64,000 bases of DNA from Antedon mediterranea (lineage: Eukaryota > Animalia > Echinodermata), in assembly GCF_964355755.1 (NCBI RefSeq), contig NC_092676.1, positions 29,468,871 to 29,532,870 of the forward strand, given 5' to 3'. The notes under the pieces are model-generated. The model saw nothing but the letters and a program-made list of their open reading frames with translations, did no database searches and was not told where the DNA came from. Shown here one piece after another: positions 14,001-29,000 of the stretch. Both the position numbers and the translations under genes were made by a program. Within the stretch, counting starts at the first letter, position 1; each line of letters begins with the position of its first letter.

Positions 14001-17000
14001 CCACATTACTAATTTCGGAAGAGCAATTGCTCTAAATCGTTCATATTTTTGGCATAAATATTTTGATAAAACCATTGATTTTGAAATAAACAATATTATT
14101 TTACCTTGCGTGTTTGTTATTAGTATTAATAGGATTTTTTCATCTTTAGGTCACAAAATAAATTAACGCTAAAGTCATAAAATCATTTGTAAAAATTGAT
14201 AGACAGACACCTAAAATTGCTGCCCAAGGGCAAAAGAAGGAACGAATATATGTAAATTGTAACGAAAACTTAACCTTCTTTGCTGGGGTACTAATTCTGA
14301 AAAAAGTTCAACATAGTTCACAACAATATACTGTTAAAATTCAGTTTAGCTATTTTTTAATAGGATTGAATGTAGGTTACGGTTGAACTTCAGTTAATGT
14401 TTATTTAGTGATGTCCTCAAGGCATGTATGTCGTTCATGAATCTAATATTATTGTATGACATAATGGGAAAGGACCCAGTGATAATTGTTTTATATTACA
14501 AAGTGAAACACCTGGAATGTTATCTGGATAACCATCAGTTGATACATTTTAAAGCTCCACGTGAAGTTCAAACTTTTCAGTGATATTCATCAACCAGTAT
14601 AATGTCGCACAATTTGTAAAGTTTAATATTTTGTGACAAGCCTTTAAGCCCTGTGATCTACACTTTATGTGACAAAAAATGTGTGTGCCCATAATTATAT
14701 GGACATGATGATGTCATATCACTACTATATTTAAGCATATCGCTACCATATATGGGCATATCCCTACCATATTTGGGCACATCACACTTTTATCAAACTT
14801 TTATCATTATCAAACTAGTTTGAGAGTGTAGACAAAGCTTACTCAAGATTTACAATCAACAAATTGATGTTCAGCCTACTTTGTTTCAAATACATTGTTT
14901 ACGTCATCAAGCCTTGTTTGCAAGAATCTTCTCCAAACCTAATGTACATGTATTTGTTATGTAATATTATTTACGATCAGTACAGGGAATTTCCCTTAAG
15001 ACCTAAACACAATTTGTTATTGTTTCTCTGAAGATGAAATGTATTAAAAGAAAAATCACAATAATCCACATTTCAAAATGTCAAATCTGCAAAAACACAT
15101 TTTAGTGCATTTTTTTTCCAGTATTTTTTTATAAGATTTTACTGAATGAAAATTTAATGATAATATAAAAGTATTAATATTTCAGTTTGTTCTCATTTTA
15201 TTTCAAATGTGACATTTCAAATGTGACATTTTTCACTACTTTTAATAGGCCTAGTTTAAAAAAAAAATATTATTTCATTTATAAGTAATGTTCAGTATAA
15301 TATAAGACATAACTGTCCGGAAATAATTTTATTATTTATTTAAAGTTAATATAACATTACCTACAGACATTGAAAACAGATGACATTTTTTCACAAATAT
15401 ATTATTTACTTAATTATATTTTTTTTTAAATACATCGCATAAATGTTCTGAAAGAAACATCAGACACAACCCAAAAGATCATGGTCAATTAAGAGTCTAG
15501 ACAAATGTTGGCGTGCATACCACAATCATTTTAAGTACACATGCTCAAGTATTTATAAGTATTTTAATGCTTTTGGGAGAATCATGATAATGTTGTAATG
15601 TCAAGTTACATTATTGGGATGTTGTAATGTTACTTGGTCATTATTTCCAACACAAAGTTACAGAACCCTCCTTTTGAGAGCTATTTATTGATTTTCTTTG
15701 CAAAATGAAATGTCAATGTATATTCTCCTATTCAGAGGACACACTAATTTTGTGTGATTCCGAAGGTGCCCGCTTAATTCTGGTTCTACTGTATATCTAT
15801 GCATTTTCTTGCATTATGTTCATTATTTCCGTCACAAAGTAACTCTTCCTCTAGGACCTATTAAGAGGACATTTTCTTGCTAAATAAATAAGGATCAATA
15901 TATATTTGAACACTATAACAAACGCCTTATTCAGAAGACACCCCTGTTAAAGAGACACTTCGTTTGTCCCCTTCATAGGGTTCTAACTACTGCATTTCTA
16001 TGATCAACGATATTGAAACACAATTGAAAAGTGACACTGAAATGGCAGAATAATAGTAATACTAAAATAGGCAATGTTATAACATTATAAAAGTATACTT
16101 TTATATGTATTTGCCACATTTTCATAGAGACAATTACACTATCCATTGCCAACTATTATCAGAGGTATAATGTGTATTTAACTAAGTACTGTATGTAAAA
16201 GGTTGATTGGGAATGGTTCAGATCCAGTCTAACTATGAAAATATTGATTATTGAACTTCCACTATATGTTTAGCTAATGGTTACCAATCATGCTCAAACT
16301 GATACTTAACAAATTGACATAGTTCTTAAGTTCTGAAATGTAAAAACCACTCAAATCTTTGTCTAAAAAATTGTGCTTAAATGTAGTTATCTTTAGTGAC
16401 TGCTAGTGATGCATTACTAGTTTAGTATATATACAATTGTGCACAGTTTTTGCATTACAGTAGTTGAGCAGACAAAATGATTAATAGTAATAATTTTTTG
16501 TAAACTTTTGAAACAGTGGCACACTTCTTGAATTAAGGTGCGTCTGGAGTAAAGTAAAAAATGTGATTTAACAACAACAAAAGTAATAGAGGATTTAAAA
16601 ACAAAGAACTTGAAAAGCATTTTCATTGTTGATTTCCACTCTTTTTATTACTTGAATATTAATTATTTTCTTTAAAAAACAGCATCAAGCTGATCTTCAC
16701 CTTAAAAGCAATCATTGTCGGTCAATGACGTCATTCAAGATCTTAGTCACATAACAACGTAATTGAGATGCTTTGATTTGCAACAAAGTTTGACATTATA
16801 ATGTTTAGATTTATGTGAGATTTGTCTGAATTAAATTGATTTCTTCATTAGTTGTTGTAATTCACTTTAGTTAATACTGTTCTTTTTAGTATAAATGGAT
16901 TTGTTAGAAAACAATCTAAATCCTGTTCAAGTGCATTTGGATTCACATAGGTAAGTGGTAGCCACCATTACGGTTGGTAAGGTTTCAACCTGACCACTTT

Positions 17001-20000
17001 TTCACAGAGGCCTTTGACAACCAAGTGGCTTGAACAGAGATTGTTCCCTTTTCTTGTAAAAACCGCACCGCTTTATAACTTGTGTCTACGGTACATCACT
17101 TCAATCAAAGAATATATATCACAAGAATGAGTATTCCGCGATTTTTGCATGAGAAATTTGTAACAGAGAGCTCCAGTGAGTGATGCCCGCCCTCATAAGG
17201 GCGGATGTATACATACTAAATAAGACTTGATTTAATAGATATTATACATGTCACATTAAATAGAATTATGATAATAGTTTTTGCAATTGTAAACTATTTT
17301 ATAATACATATTTATTAACAAACTTTTACAGACAATTATTTACTAACATGCTAAGTTAGTTCACAAAAAAGGCCTAACACAGCAACACCAAAAATCAACG
17401 AATCGTTACTCGGCACGGCCTATTCTTTACCATTGCCGTGTACTACTCTACGCCCGGTAAATTAAGTATTGTTTTTATGATATAAATTAGTATAAAATAC
17501 ATGTTATTAATAGGACAAAATGTTAAATGTCATTAACATTTATTTGTTTTACCAGAAACAAGTTAAATATAGGAATATTATTAAACTATCCTTCGTGAAA
17601 ACGCGTAAACAGCAACACGCCCGGTCATGCTATCGTAGCGCCCGGTTGATAAAGCAAACTGTTTATACGGCAGTTTTTACTAAATAAATTACATAAAACG
17701 AACAATTAAATATCCAAATAGTATTTAACATGATGTTGGCATGTAGTTGATAACATTTTTTATCATGAAAATACTACCGGTGGTCCAGCCTTTGATTAGT
17801 GAAACCGTTACAAAAAGTTGTATACATCCCAGATACATCCACACTTATGGCAGCGCCCTACCACATGGACAATATTACTGTTACAGGGAAAATCGCGGAT
17901 TACTCATTCTTGTGATATATATTCTTTGCTTCAATACATAGTATCTTTGATCAAATTAAATAATGATCAATTATTGCCTCTCCTCTGTTCAAAGTGGGCA
18001 CTGGACGAGAGATGGTCAATGATAGGACCAGCTAAAGATGCCTTAAACAGTCCTGGCTTAGTTTCATCCATCATTCAGATGAATGTAAGACTAATAATAA
18101 AGTATAAAGATGGATTGATCTTGAAGTATCTGTTAAAATAATTGTTTTTTACAGACCTTGCTTCTTCATGGTAACATCTTAACAACGCTACGAGGTGTAC
18201 CTGCCTATTTTCCTACTTCGCTCACCACACTGTCACTCGCAGAAAATGAAATCAGTGACATCACTGAGGTATGTACTTTTGCATCCTTTTGAGATTTTTG
18301 TTTTGAGATTTAATAAATGTAGTTATGGGGCTGTCCTAGTAAGCTTTGGGTCCTGGTTCAAATCCGGTCTGATTCAGTTTTATTTTCATGATACAAAAAA
18401 AAACTCGACTTGTAAGCCTTTATAGATATGTTGTGTTCTGTTGAACTTGCATTACATAAATATTTATAGAGTGAGCAACTTAGCCGATGGCAATTCTTGG
18501 TATTATCCTTAAAAAACCTAGCATTAACAGTCATACACAGTTAGCGTCTCATTTCGCATACGAGACCACAGCCATGGAACTCAATAAATGTTACCTTGCA
18601 TGTGGTTAAACAATAATGTAGCTTATATTGAATTGTCATTTTTTACTAAACTGTGACATTTCACGAACATTATTGTAGGTACAAATTGTCAATTATAGAG
18701 ATTTCTTGAAAGATAATACAAAACATGCTGTGAACGTGCACATGCAATGTAGGTCACCGGATGAACGCAACCATGTGTTCAAAACCAAAAGCTGAAACAA
18801 AGTTTATTCGCTGTGGGAGTAAGAACACATTTTTTTAGGTCATCTTCATGTTGTGATTTTTATATTTGTATATTTTTTTAGATGTCATATTTATGCTGTC
18901 TCACCGAACTGGAACAACTATCGATAAAAAACAACCCCGCTGTTTTAATGACGGCCTCCGTGTATCCTTTAACACGCGTACTATCATTATTCGATTTTTT
19001 AAAATGTCATAGTATTATAAAGGTTGTATTTTTTCTTTAATGTATTTTTTTTTTTATTTTTTAGTATACCAAGTACAACCTATTTTTATAGTCATATAGT
19101 ATTTATATACTTAATTATTTCTTAAGCTCTGTCTACACTATCAAATTTTATGTGACAAAAAATGTGATGTTTTCATATATGGACATGATGATGTATTTGG
19201 GCATGTCTCTACCATATTTTGACACATCACACTTTTTTTGCCAAACTAGTTTGATAGTGTAGACAGAGCTTTAAACTTAAATGTGATTAATATTTCTAGG
19301 AAGAAAGTAGAATATATCTACAACATTTTCAGTATGTGTAAGCTGTAATGCATTTTCTACCAATATCTTGTCTAGAACCATGTCTCTGTGTAATCCTTAA
19401 ACAAATATCTCAGTGGTTTTGATTATAGGCCTTACGTAGCCAATTGGTGTTTGACTCTGCATGTTCTAGATGGCGCTGTTATTATTCAAAGAGAAAGGTA
19501 CGTACTTGATAAGCTCATCCCTAGCAACACCAAAGATTTAGACCCGGACTTGTTGCACAGTAGCAAAGCGTCTTAAACCACCAGTTTATATTCCAGAAAA
19601 AGGTAAATACTTGAATACAAGAATACCCCTCTTGTATTTAATGCCCTCATTTCGTAAGTTGTAATCCATAGTTTAGCTGTGGCTGAGTTATTTTCACAAT
19701 TCATTGCAATATAATTTCCAGTAGCAAAGTCATGTTCCCAAGATATCCAACATTTTGCTATACAATTTATTTTGTGATATTTTATAGTTTTCCATATGAT
19801 ATTTGATGGTAAATATTGCCTTCCGCATTTTTACCAATTTATATTAGTACATGATTACATTATCTTACCAAAAATGTTAAGAAGTAGGTCATGACATGAG
19901 GGCTACTGTTACGCGCCAGGTAAGAGCTGGGGGTGTCTCCTCAGGTAACCATTATGTTGTATCACAGATAATTTTCACCTGTTCAATTTGATACAATTTG

Positions 20001-23000
20001 CATTCAATTCATGTGATTATTATTAGTTTGATTTAAACATGGAGTTTAGTAGCATAAAGCTCTGTCTACACTATCAAACTTTATGTGACAATATATATGA
20101 ACATGATGATGTCATATCACTGCCATATTTGTGTATATCACTACCATATTTAGTTGATAAACTTCTACAAAAAAGAAATAATTAGGGCAGTATAAAGTAG
20201 TTTTTGGTAGACCAAGTTGGAATTAAATTAAATTTATTGATTTTTTTTAGTTGCAATATTCTTTTTTTATTACTGATCATAACACCAGATGTACACATCC
20301 CTCAACAATAATTATGTTTTATTATCAAAATGTGACATATCAAGGTGTTTTAGTAGCTTATCAAATGGATTTGAAGCTCATAACGTCAAATTGTTGTATA
20401 ATCATAGAATTCTCAGTGGACACAAACACTCCCACTAATGTACTCTGATTATTAAAATGCTAGTGTCAGAGCTGTTGCTACCTTGACCTTAATAATATCC
20501 CCTTTCTTTAATAATTCAAAGACATAAAAGTTTGATTTGTAAAATGATCAGTTGTCTGATACATTAATTATGAACTTTCATCAGTAAAGCCTGCAAAATG
20601 GATTTAATAACATTCCAATGTGCGTGTGGTAATGTTTTACTTGATGATACTGTTTCACATTATTTGTAACGTTATGCCGAGTATTTATTTATCACATGCA
20701 GTTGACGCTGAGTGCGGGACTCTCTTGAAAACTGGAAGCTCTTTACAAAACCAAACTTTTCCTAGCTCCAAATAGGTCTTTCATTCTTTTTACATGTTTA
20801 TTTCTTTGTCATATATTTCAAAATTCATCTTTAGTCTTTTTTAATTTTTTAATTTCTTTTTTAATATTAACAACCAATTCTCTTGAAAACTGGAAGCTCT
20901 TTACAAAACCAAACTTTTCCTAGCTCCAAATAGGTCTTTCATTCTTTTCACATGTTTATTTCTTTGTCATATATTTCAAAATTCATCTTTAGTCTTTTTT
21001 AATTTTTTAATTTCTTTTTTAATATTAACAACCAATTGCTAATCTGATGGTCAATAAAATATTTTAAAATTAAAGTTAATTTGTATATTTTAATAGAATA
21101 CAGTAAACATTCCCAATACCTTTGGGCTGACCTAATATGTCTGTTTTTTTGGAATGCGTTTTTAATGATAAAAATTAATTTGCTACATTTTTGGACCTTA
21201 AAAAATGTCTGCATTTGAGAAAGTTTCTGGATTTCAGAGAGTCCGATTTTAAGAAATTTGATTGACTGTATGCAAATCAAATGTAATTATGTAATGGTTA
21301 GAAGTTCCAGTGCATATTATACTGCTGTTCCAATGCTTCTATAAAGTTGATTGGGTTAAGTAACATTCTTGTGGGAATATGAGCAAGTTAGCAAGAATGT
21401 ACTGGCTTTTATGAAGCCCATAAATAATCACAATTTGTTTTTAAACATTGGGTTGCAATCTGCCGACAATGATTTATCTACGTGTTTTATATTAAGTTTA
21501 GAAAGAGGGCGCTGTAACAGATATTCAATATCTATACTATGTGAGAGAGTTTGTACTTTTGGTACATTATACAAACAAAAAGAAAGGTTATTCACTTTTG
21601 TCCATTCCAAAGCTCTGTCTACACTATCAAACTTTATGTGACAAAAAAATGTGATGTGCCCATATATAGTCATGATGATGTCATATCACTACCATATTTG
21701 GCACATATCACACTGTTTTTGTCAAACTAGTTTGAAGTCCAGCTTAAATGACATCAGTTGTTATATTTTCTACATTGTTTTATAGTTTGAAGGCAGAGTG
21801 GCTTTACAGTCAGGGGAAGGGCCGGTCATTCCATCCAGGTCAGCACAAAGAAGTCTGTCAGTATTTAAGCCGTGTCTGTCCATTGACCACCGCATCTGAG
21901 GTATACATCATCTTTTTTTTTTAAACTGATACTATGTGTTTATTTGACATTCAATTTTCTTTCAACTTCCATAAAATTATCAGACTTGCCTAGCAAAAAT
22001 CTTAAGATTCTGACTCTTCAGTTTTCAAAATGATTTTCTGTGTTTTTTAAATAAGTCTTAGACGTTCTGTTTGAAGTAGTAAAAGCTTCTTAAATATAAA
22101 AAAATACTGATTGATGAATGATAAATAAAGAAAAATTAAAAAGTTGTGGGATCGTTGAAATATATATAACCATCAAATGATTGTGTTTACGTTTAATTTT
22201 TATAGGACCTATGACCCACTTTATGAATGTTTAACTTTTTTACCACCAAATCCTGCATTTATATTTGTCACTTTGAATTATTTAGTAGATTTACCATTAA
22301 TCGTCATATTCTTGTCATATCTCGTAAATTTTGCTAATTTCGCTATTATTACAAGAAGTAGTAGACTTAGGAAATTGTAACCTGAACCACAACCATCTAC
22401 AAATCATAAAGTGTTGACACATTGGTGTACTATTGGAAATGGCAGGATTACATTTAGGCCTCCTAATTGTTGGCTCTGTGTTGAGATAGCTTAGGGAACA
22501 TGTAAATATTATTCTACTGCAGTTACTGCAGTAAAAAAAGTATTTTACTGTATTAATAACATGATTGTTTCAATTTATGAGGAAGTCAAAAAGTGTTTAT
22601 GATTTAATATCCAAATAAACTAATATCAAAGCAAATAAAAACCAAAATAAAATATTTAAACAAAACATAGTAACACAGTAGAATAATGTTGACATAGTAC
22701 CTTACTGCATACTTAAGTTTGTTCTTAATTACAGACTCAGTTAAAAGAGGATGAGAAGCTGGTAAAAATATTGAACAAACAGCAACTTTACAAGAAGCAG
22801 TTGCTAGAAGAGTCGCTGTCATCGCCGTCTCCGACACCTTCCATGATATCAAAGAAAAGCAAAAGATCTCGATCACAATCCCCGCATAAGGAAGTGCACA
22901 GATCCCCCTCACCACCACCACCAACTGGACCAATTAAGGTTTGGACACAAGAAACACAACAGGATATGGTGCAATGGGTTTTATCTGAGCGAATCAAGAA

Positions 23001-26000
23001 CCCTCATTCGGACATCGTCCTTGAAGATTTAGAGGGTCAGTGAGATTTTATAAACCATTTAAATTACCCTATTTAATTAAATAATATTTATTTTGCATTT
23101 AAATTTGTGTATATTTAATCCTCATACTCATTTTATTTACTGTGGCACCGAATAAATTAAATGAAACTTTTTACAATTATATGTTATTTTGATCATAAAT
23201 ATCTGTTTTTTTCATGTTTTTTAGACTCATCATGGAAAAATAGCCTTTTAAAATCCAATTCTTTATACCTACCATTCTTAACCAATCTACCTCCAAACGA
23301 ACTCAATAATGCAAACTTCAGACCATCCACTGCTCCACCAAACCATAAAGAGTCTGAGGCTCAACCATTTGATAATCGTCCAGCTACGGTACTAGGATCA
23401 AAAGGCATATCTGTCAATACACAGACTACAAAATCTGGTCACCAAAACGGCAACGCAAATCCAAACAACACAAATAGTGACCAGTTTTACTTGTTCAACA
23501 CTCCGAAGAATGCCGCTCGGGCGCGAGAACCAACGAGTTACGAGGCGTACGAAAACAAACGACTAATTCCTCCTGATCAGAACACTGGAGTTAAAAAGAC
23601 CAAACCACAAACTTCATTCGATCCAGAGATTAGTCCAAAACTAGGTCATTCTGAACCAAAGAAATCATCTTATAAAAGGTCAAAAAGTGTAACTGATAAA
23701 AAAACATTTAAACAAGAAAAAGTAGAAGAAATAATTTGCCAGGCAGAGTTGAGAAGAATCAGAGAAATTGCTTTGAAGAGACGCAAATCCAACGAAAGAA
23801 AATTGAAATATGACTCAAAAGAAGATGGAAAAGATGTTAATCGGAATGACATCACAGATCAGCAAAGAATCAGATCACACCAATCAGGGACACCAGGAGA
23901 AGACGAAGCTGCTACGCGTATTCAAGCAGTTTGGAAGGGTCATCACCTACGCTGTGGCGACGATATGCAACAGAAATGGGATGACCTTCATCGAAGACGT
24001 TTACAAGAACATATTGATCACCTGACACAGGAATTAAACAGGTTACGTACTTTCCAAGATTTTATTTAAGACTGGTTAATATAAATGAAGTAGGGGTAAT
24101 GTGAACATTTAACATTCATCACACTAGAGAAGGATCTAATGTGACTAATGTGACTACTATGTTTCACATGACCTTTTTAAAACACACATGAACAACTTCA
24201 ATAACACTTGCTTCATAGTTAAAAAAAACATCAATATAACATGAATAAAAGTATTCTCAATGTACTTAGTATAAAGTACAAATTACGTCTAAGTAGGGCA
24301 AAAAATCTGACCAATTACTCAACTCCCTGACGCAAAGCTACTCCAGAGTAGTTAAATACAATTAAAATCCTGTTGGTACAGTACCCACTATTTACTTGGA
24401 CTCGAATCTAACCCCTAGCCATCAGCGCAAGCTCGGTGGTCTAGAGGTATGAATTGTGGTGTGAGTCCCACCCGAGAATTAATTGCAAATAAAAAAAAAT
24501 GAGAGAGTTGTGGAAAGAGTTATCACAACTTGTTGCTACAGGTCAAGTCACACCATTAAAATCAAATTGATGGATTGCATTAATGATTGATTTACTTTGT
24601 TTTCAATGCAGAGTGAAGAAAGAGAATGAAAAGGAAAGGAAGCTAAGAAATGTGCATCTGAACCTGATGCAAGCACTATGTGCACAGGTTAGCAGCTTAT
24701 GTTGTACATCTTTGATTAAACATTAAAAACAACCTTTTTTTATTTTAACGTTATGTATGTGAAGCGCCGCTGATTATGAGTTTATCATAGAAATTTGCGT
24801 TATATAAATGTTAATACATGGTTCCCACTAAAGAAAACGTAACGCAACATAAGGGATTTGACCAATCACAAGCGATGAATTATTCGAACTGTCACTTGTT
24901 ATTGGTCAACCCGCTTGTGTTGCGTCTACATCCTTGCGTTACGTCCTAGTGGGAACCGAGCTTTAATAATGAATTTAGATGTGAGTATTTGTTTAAGAAT
25001 GCTTTCAATTTAACCTTGTACAAGATTTGTGTTGTGAAAAACAAACTAACTTATTGGGAAAACAGACTTGCATTTAAGTAGTGTGTTTACATCTACAAAG
25101 ATACTGCTGAAATTAAAACTGAAATAACAACATAATTTAATACTATTTTAGACAAAAACATGTGTTTTTTTCCCTTTTAACATTCAAAGTTGTAACATGT
25201 TTGTACTTTATTACTCTTTAGGGAAAATATGAGTATTACATAATCTATTTGATTTATATCCAAAATAAAGTGAGAGTTTTTTATATACTTGAACTCTATT
25301 ATGCTTTATGCGTTTTAAATAAATCAACACAAGCATAAATCTCAAATGGTATAATGACAAACTCCCCTATGAATGATTGTCGGTACCCAATAGATGGGTT
25401 AAACCATTTTTTAATAGGGTAATTATCTTGTAAATGTCTATTGTAGTAAAATAATATTATTTGACATTTTTTTTTGTGATCTGTTGTCAATCTGTTTTAA
25501 ATTCATTATTTTAACTTGCTGCTAATTTGTTTTATTGTTTAAACAAATTCTCATGTGTTTAATTTGTACTTAACAGGTAATTGTTAATTAAAATGAAAAC
25601 AATCCACTGTATTCAACTCCAGTTACTTGACCTCCTGTTCATGTCAACTCTCAAATTAGTTTAATGTACATTTTTTAATGAGTTTTAGTTTCAGTTTCGT
25701 TTCAAGGCATATGTTACTTTGTTAGCTAACATTAATGTTTAAAATACAATTGTCTATAATTGGTTTCAGAAATTTAATCCGTGATTATATGTATAAATCT
25801 AGAAAGTGTGCTGGTTTGATTTTTTAATAGATTTAGAAATGTTTAAAGTGGTATTAATACGAAAGTATAGACTCAATTATTGTAATTATTATGAAATATT
25901 GTTACTATATTTCTACCTTTTAAGTATAAGTGATAATTTTATCACAATATTATTATTTAACAACCATTTTAAGCATGTTAAGTTTTAGAAATGTTTGAAA

Positions 26001-29000
26001 TAAGTATAAACTTAATTACTGTACTTATTATAAAATATTGTACCGATATGATAGGATAATAATAAATATTGATAATCATAATTCCAATATTTCTTACTAA
26101 AGGTGGAGTCCCTTACAGAATGGAAGAGGGCGACAGAGGTGAAACTTAACGCTATGGAACAAAGGGACGCTAAGGTGGAGGAGACAATTAATGACTTGAA
26201 ATTGGACACAAACAACCAACTATTAACCAATCTGAATTTTAGTCAGAAGTGTGAATCGCTTCAAAGTCAGGTAACAGTTTTTAAGTATTTCTGTTATTAA
26301 TAATGATAATGATATTTATTCAAAATAACGTATTCCTTCACATTAAAATCAATCAAATATAATAATAAAATCAATAAGAAGTTCAAAATAAATTAAAAAA
26401 CTGTTTTATACCAAACTTACTTTATTGTATAATACTTATTGCATTAGGTTTAATGATTTTTGTTAAGAGTGTTTTATGTTACAATTTTACTTGTTTGTGT
26501 CATGCATAAAATGAAATAAAATAAATAGCAATGTCAATCTATTTCTCCTCAAGTTTTAAAATGTTATTAATTTTTCAAAGGTTGAAAAGATGCAAGACTC
26601 GATGCAATCACTCACAAGAATGTTGCAAGCCAAAGACTCGCAGGCCACACATGGATCCCCAGCAAAGGGGAAGTCTTCAAAAATCAAGTCGACATCACCC
26701 AACAAATCTGGGACTAAAGATTCCTCAGAAAAGAAAACTGGACAACATAACTCACTTAAGACCGAGACTTCATCGGAAAAGAAGGCTGGACAAAAATCAC
26801 CCAAGTCTGGGACTAGTAATACATTGGAAAAAAAGACTGGACAACAGAACTCGCTGAAAAAGTCTGAGGCTAAAGACTCAACAGAGAAGAAAACTGGACA
26901 TCAAATCGCAACAGTATCAGAGTTATCTGAAAATAAGCCTGGACAACAAACGACCTCTAACGAACCTAAGAATGTTCCTGGTAGTGGTACAAGTATCAAA
27001 GCATTAGTTGATAAAGGATCTGGTGGTACAGAGAAAACTACCGGAGTTAAGCAGTCAGCCATTACTAAAGACAATGCTGTTGATAATGGTTTGATCAATA
27101 CCAAAGAACCTGTCAATACCAAATTTACTACTGGTTCAAAAAGTTCTCTTAATACTGAGGATTCCAAGAAAAATCTTGGGAAAAAAGAGTCTAGCGGTAC
27201 CAAAGAACATGCTAAGGAGTCTGCTAGTACCAAAGAGTTTGAAAGTAACAAGTCTGAGAAACACAAGGAGTCGGTTAGTACCAAAGTCTCTGCCAATTTT
27301 TTGCCTGGTATTACAAAACCGGGCAAAACCGAAGTTTCCAAGATGCCAGAAGATTTTAAAAAGTCTTCTACTTCCAGCACGGTAATGTCTGGTACTTCAA
27401 AACCAGCTGAAACCAAAATGTGTACCAAGATCAGAGATGATTCTGCTGATACCAATGAGCATATTGATCCCAAGGTGTCTTCTGGTACTACAGAACCAGC
27501 TGAGGATTCCGTCAGCACCGAGGAATCAGTTGGAACAAAGGAATCTTTGGGCACTGAAGAACCTGATAGTGTTCCGTCTACCAGACATGCAAGATTCTTT
27601 AAAGATTTACTGCCACATGATTTAGAAACAACCATTCCAGTAGAAAAGGAAAAACAAACAGGTAACACAAATGAATCTATTGGTTCAAACAAGTTGTCTG
27701 GCAAGAACGATGGAGAAAGAAAAGATTTATCAGATGATTCTCCTCTGCAAGACAATACTGAAGTGAAGAGCACTTCTGATAGGCAGGTGTTAAGTCTCAC
27801 CGAAGGAAAGAATGACTGTAAAGAAAACAAAATTGATACGTCTGATGAGCAAAAGGAACTGATGCCTAAAGATACTGCCACACAAGAAATCATGAATGAA
27901 GAGGATGCTAATCAAGAACAGGTAACGTATTCTTTTGTCTTTTTATTTTTGCGTGGCTTAATAACCTATATTGTTTACTATGCAATTCCAAAACAAAGAT
28001 TACATTACAAAGTACAGAAGAACCCTTCCTGTTCAAGAGACACCTCAATTAAAGGATACTGTGAAAAGAACAATTACCAATTTACTGTATATTTTTGTAC
28101 CGATGTAGCCAAACTCTAATATAAAGACACCCCTATTAAATGGACACTTTGTAGAGTCCCTGGTTTCTCTATATCAATCGTTCTACTCGGTACTGCATTT
28201 CTATTTGCTATTTATTATCCAAACTTACATTTGTTTTAGCCTAGTTCAGTAAAACCTCCAGCTCCCAAGAATCTCTGTGTAAGGCGTATATCAGAAACTA
28301 GTCTGCAATTGACCTGGACAGTGCCATTGCTAGCTGAAGGAGAGTGCATCCAGGGTTATACGCTCTGCATCTCACTGAACGATGACCTTATGCAGGAAAT
28401 GTCAACTACACAGACACAAGCTATTCTAGGTGGCCTTAGACCAGGATCATATCGGTAAATTTTGTTTTATTTTTTTTATTTTATGTCTTTAGGCAATGTG
28501 GCCAAGGATTACCAATAGTGAATTAATCACTGTCCTATCAGATAGGTGGTAATCCCCCTGATAGAGGGGCTATTGTGTAAACCAGTTCACCGGGGTAACC
28601 CCCTACTCTTTTCGAATAATGAACTGGGTTCTTTAAAGTACACACAAGTTATAACTGGGTACACTGGACCTACGGTTTATAGTCCTTATCCGAGAAGACT
28701 TGTTCCACCACCAGAACTAGAAGCGAGTCGGCCTCGAACCCTTGCCGATGTTGTTGGCTCTTTAGGTACGGTAAACGGCGCCCCTGCCTTAACCGCTAGG
28801 CCATATGACTTGCTCTAATAATAATAATAATATCCTGGATTTATATAGCGCCTAATGTTATAAAAATAAAAAATAAAATATAAAAATATAAATTTCAATT
28901 CAATTCAATTCAATTTCAATAAATATAAATTTCAATTCAACCTCTAAGCGCTGAACATTATTAGCCCAGTCATGTATGGAAACATACTCCCATAATGCAG

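Noticed and set aside
17965-18080. Short minus-strand [14 protein letters not shown]... in the long CEP97 intron
   Set aside because: 35 codons, no recognisable homology, no supporting exons.
24427-24480. tRNA-Pro-like start gctcggtggtctagaggtatga
   Set aside because: No anticodon arm or complete cloverleaf; probably a decayed SINE head.
26901-27893. 330-aa minus-strand ORF (also 29962-30522 and 38366-38974)
   Set aside because: Antisense shadows of CEP97 coding exons.
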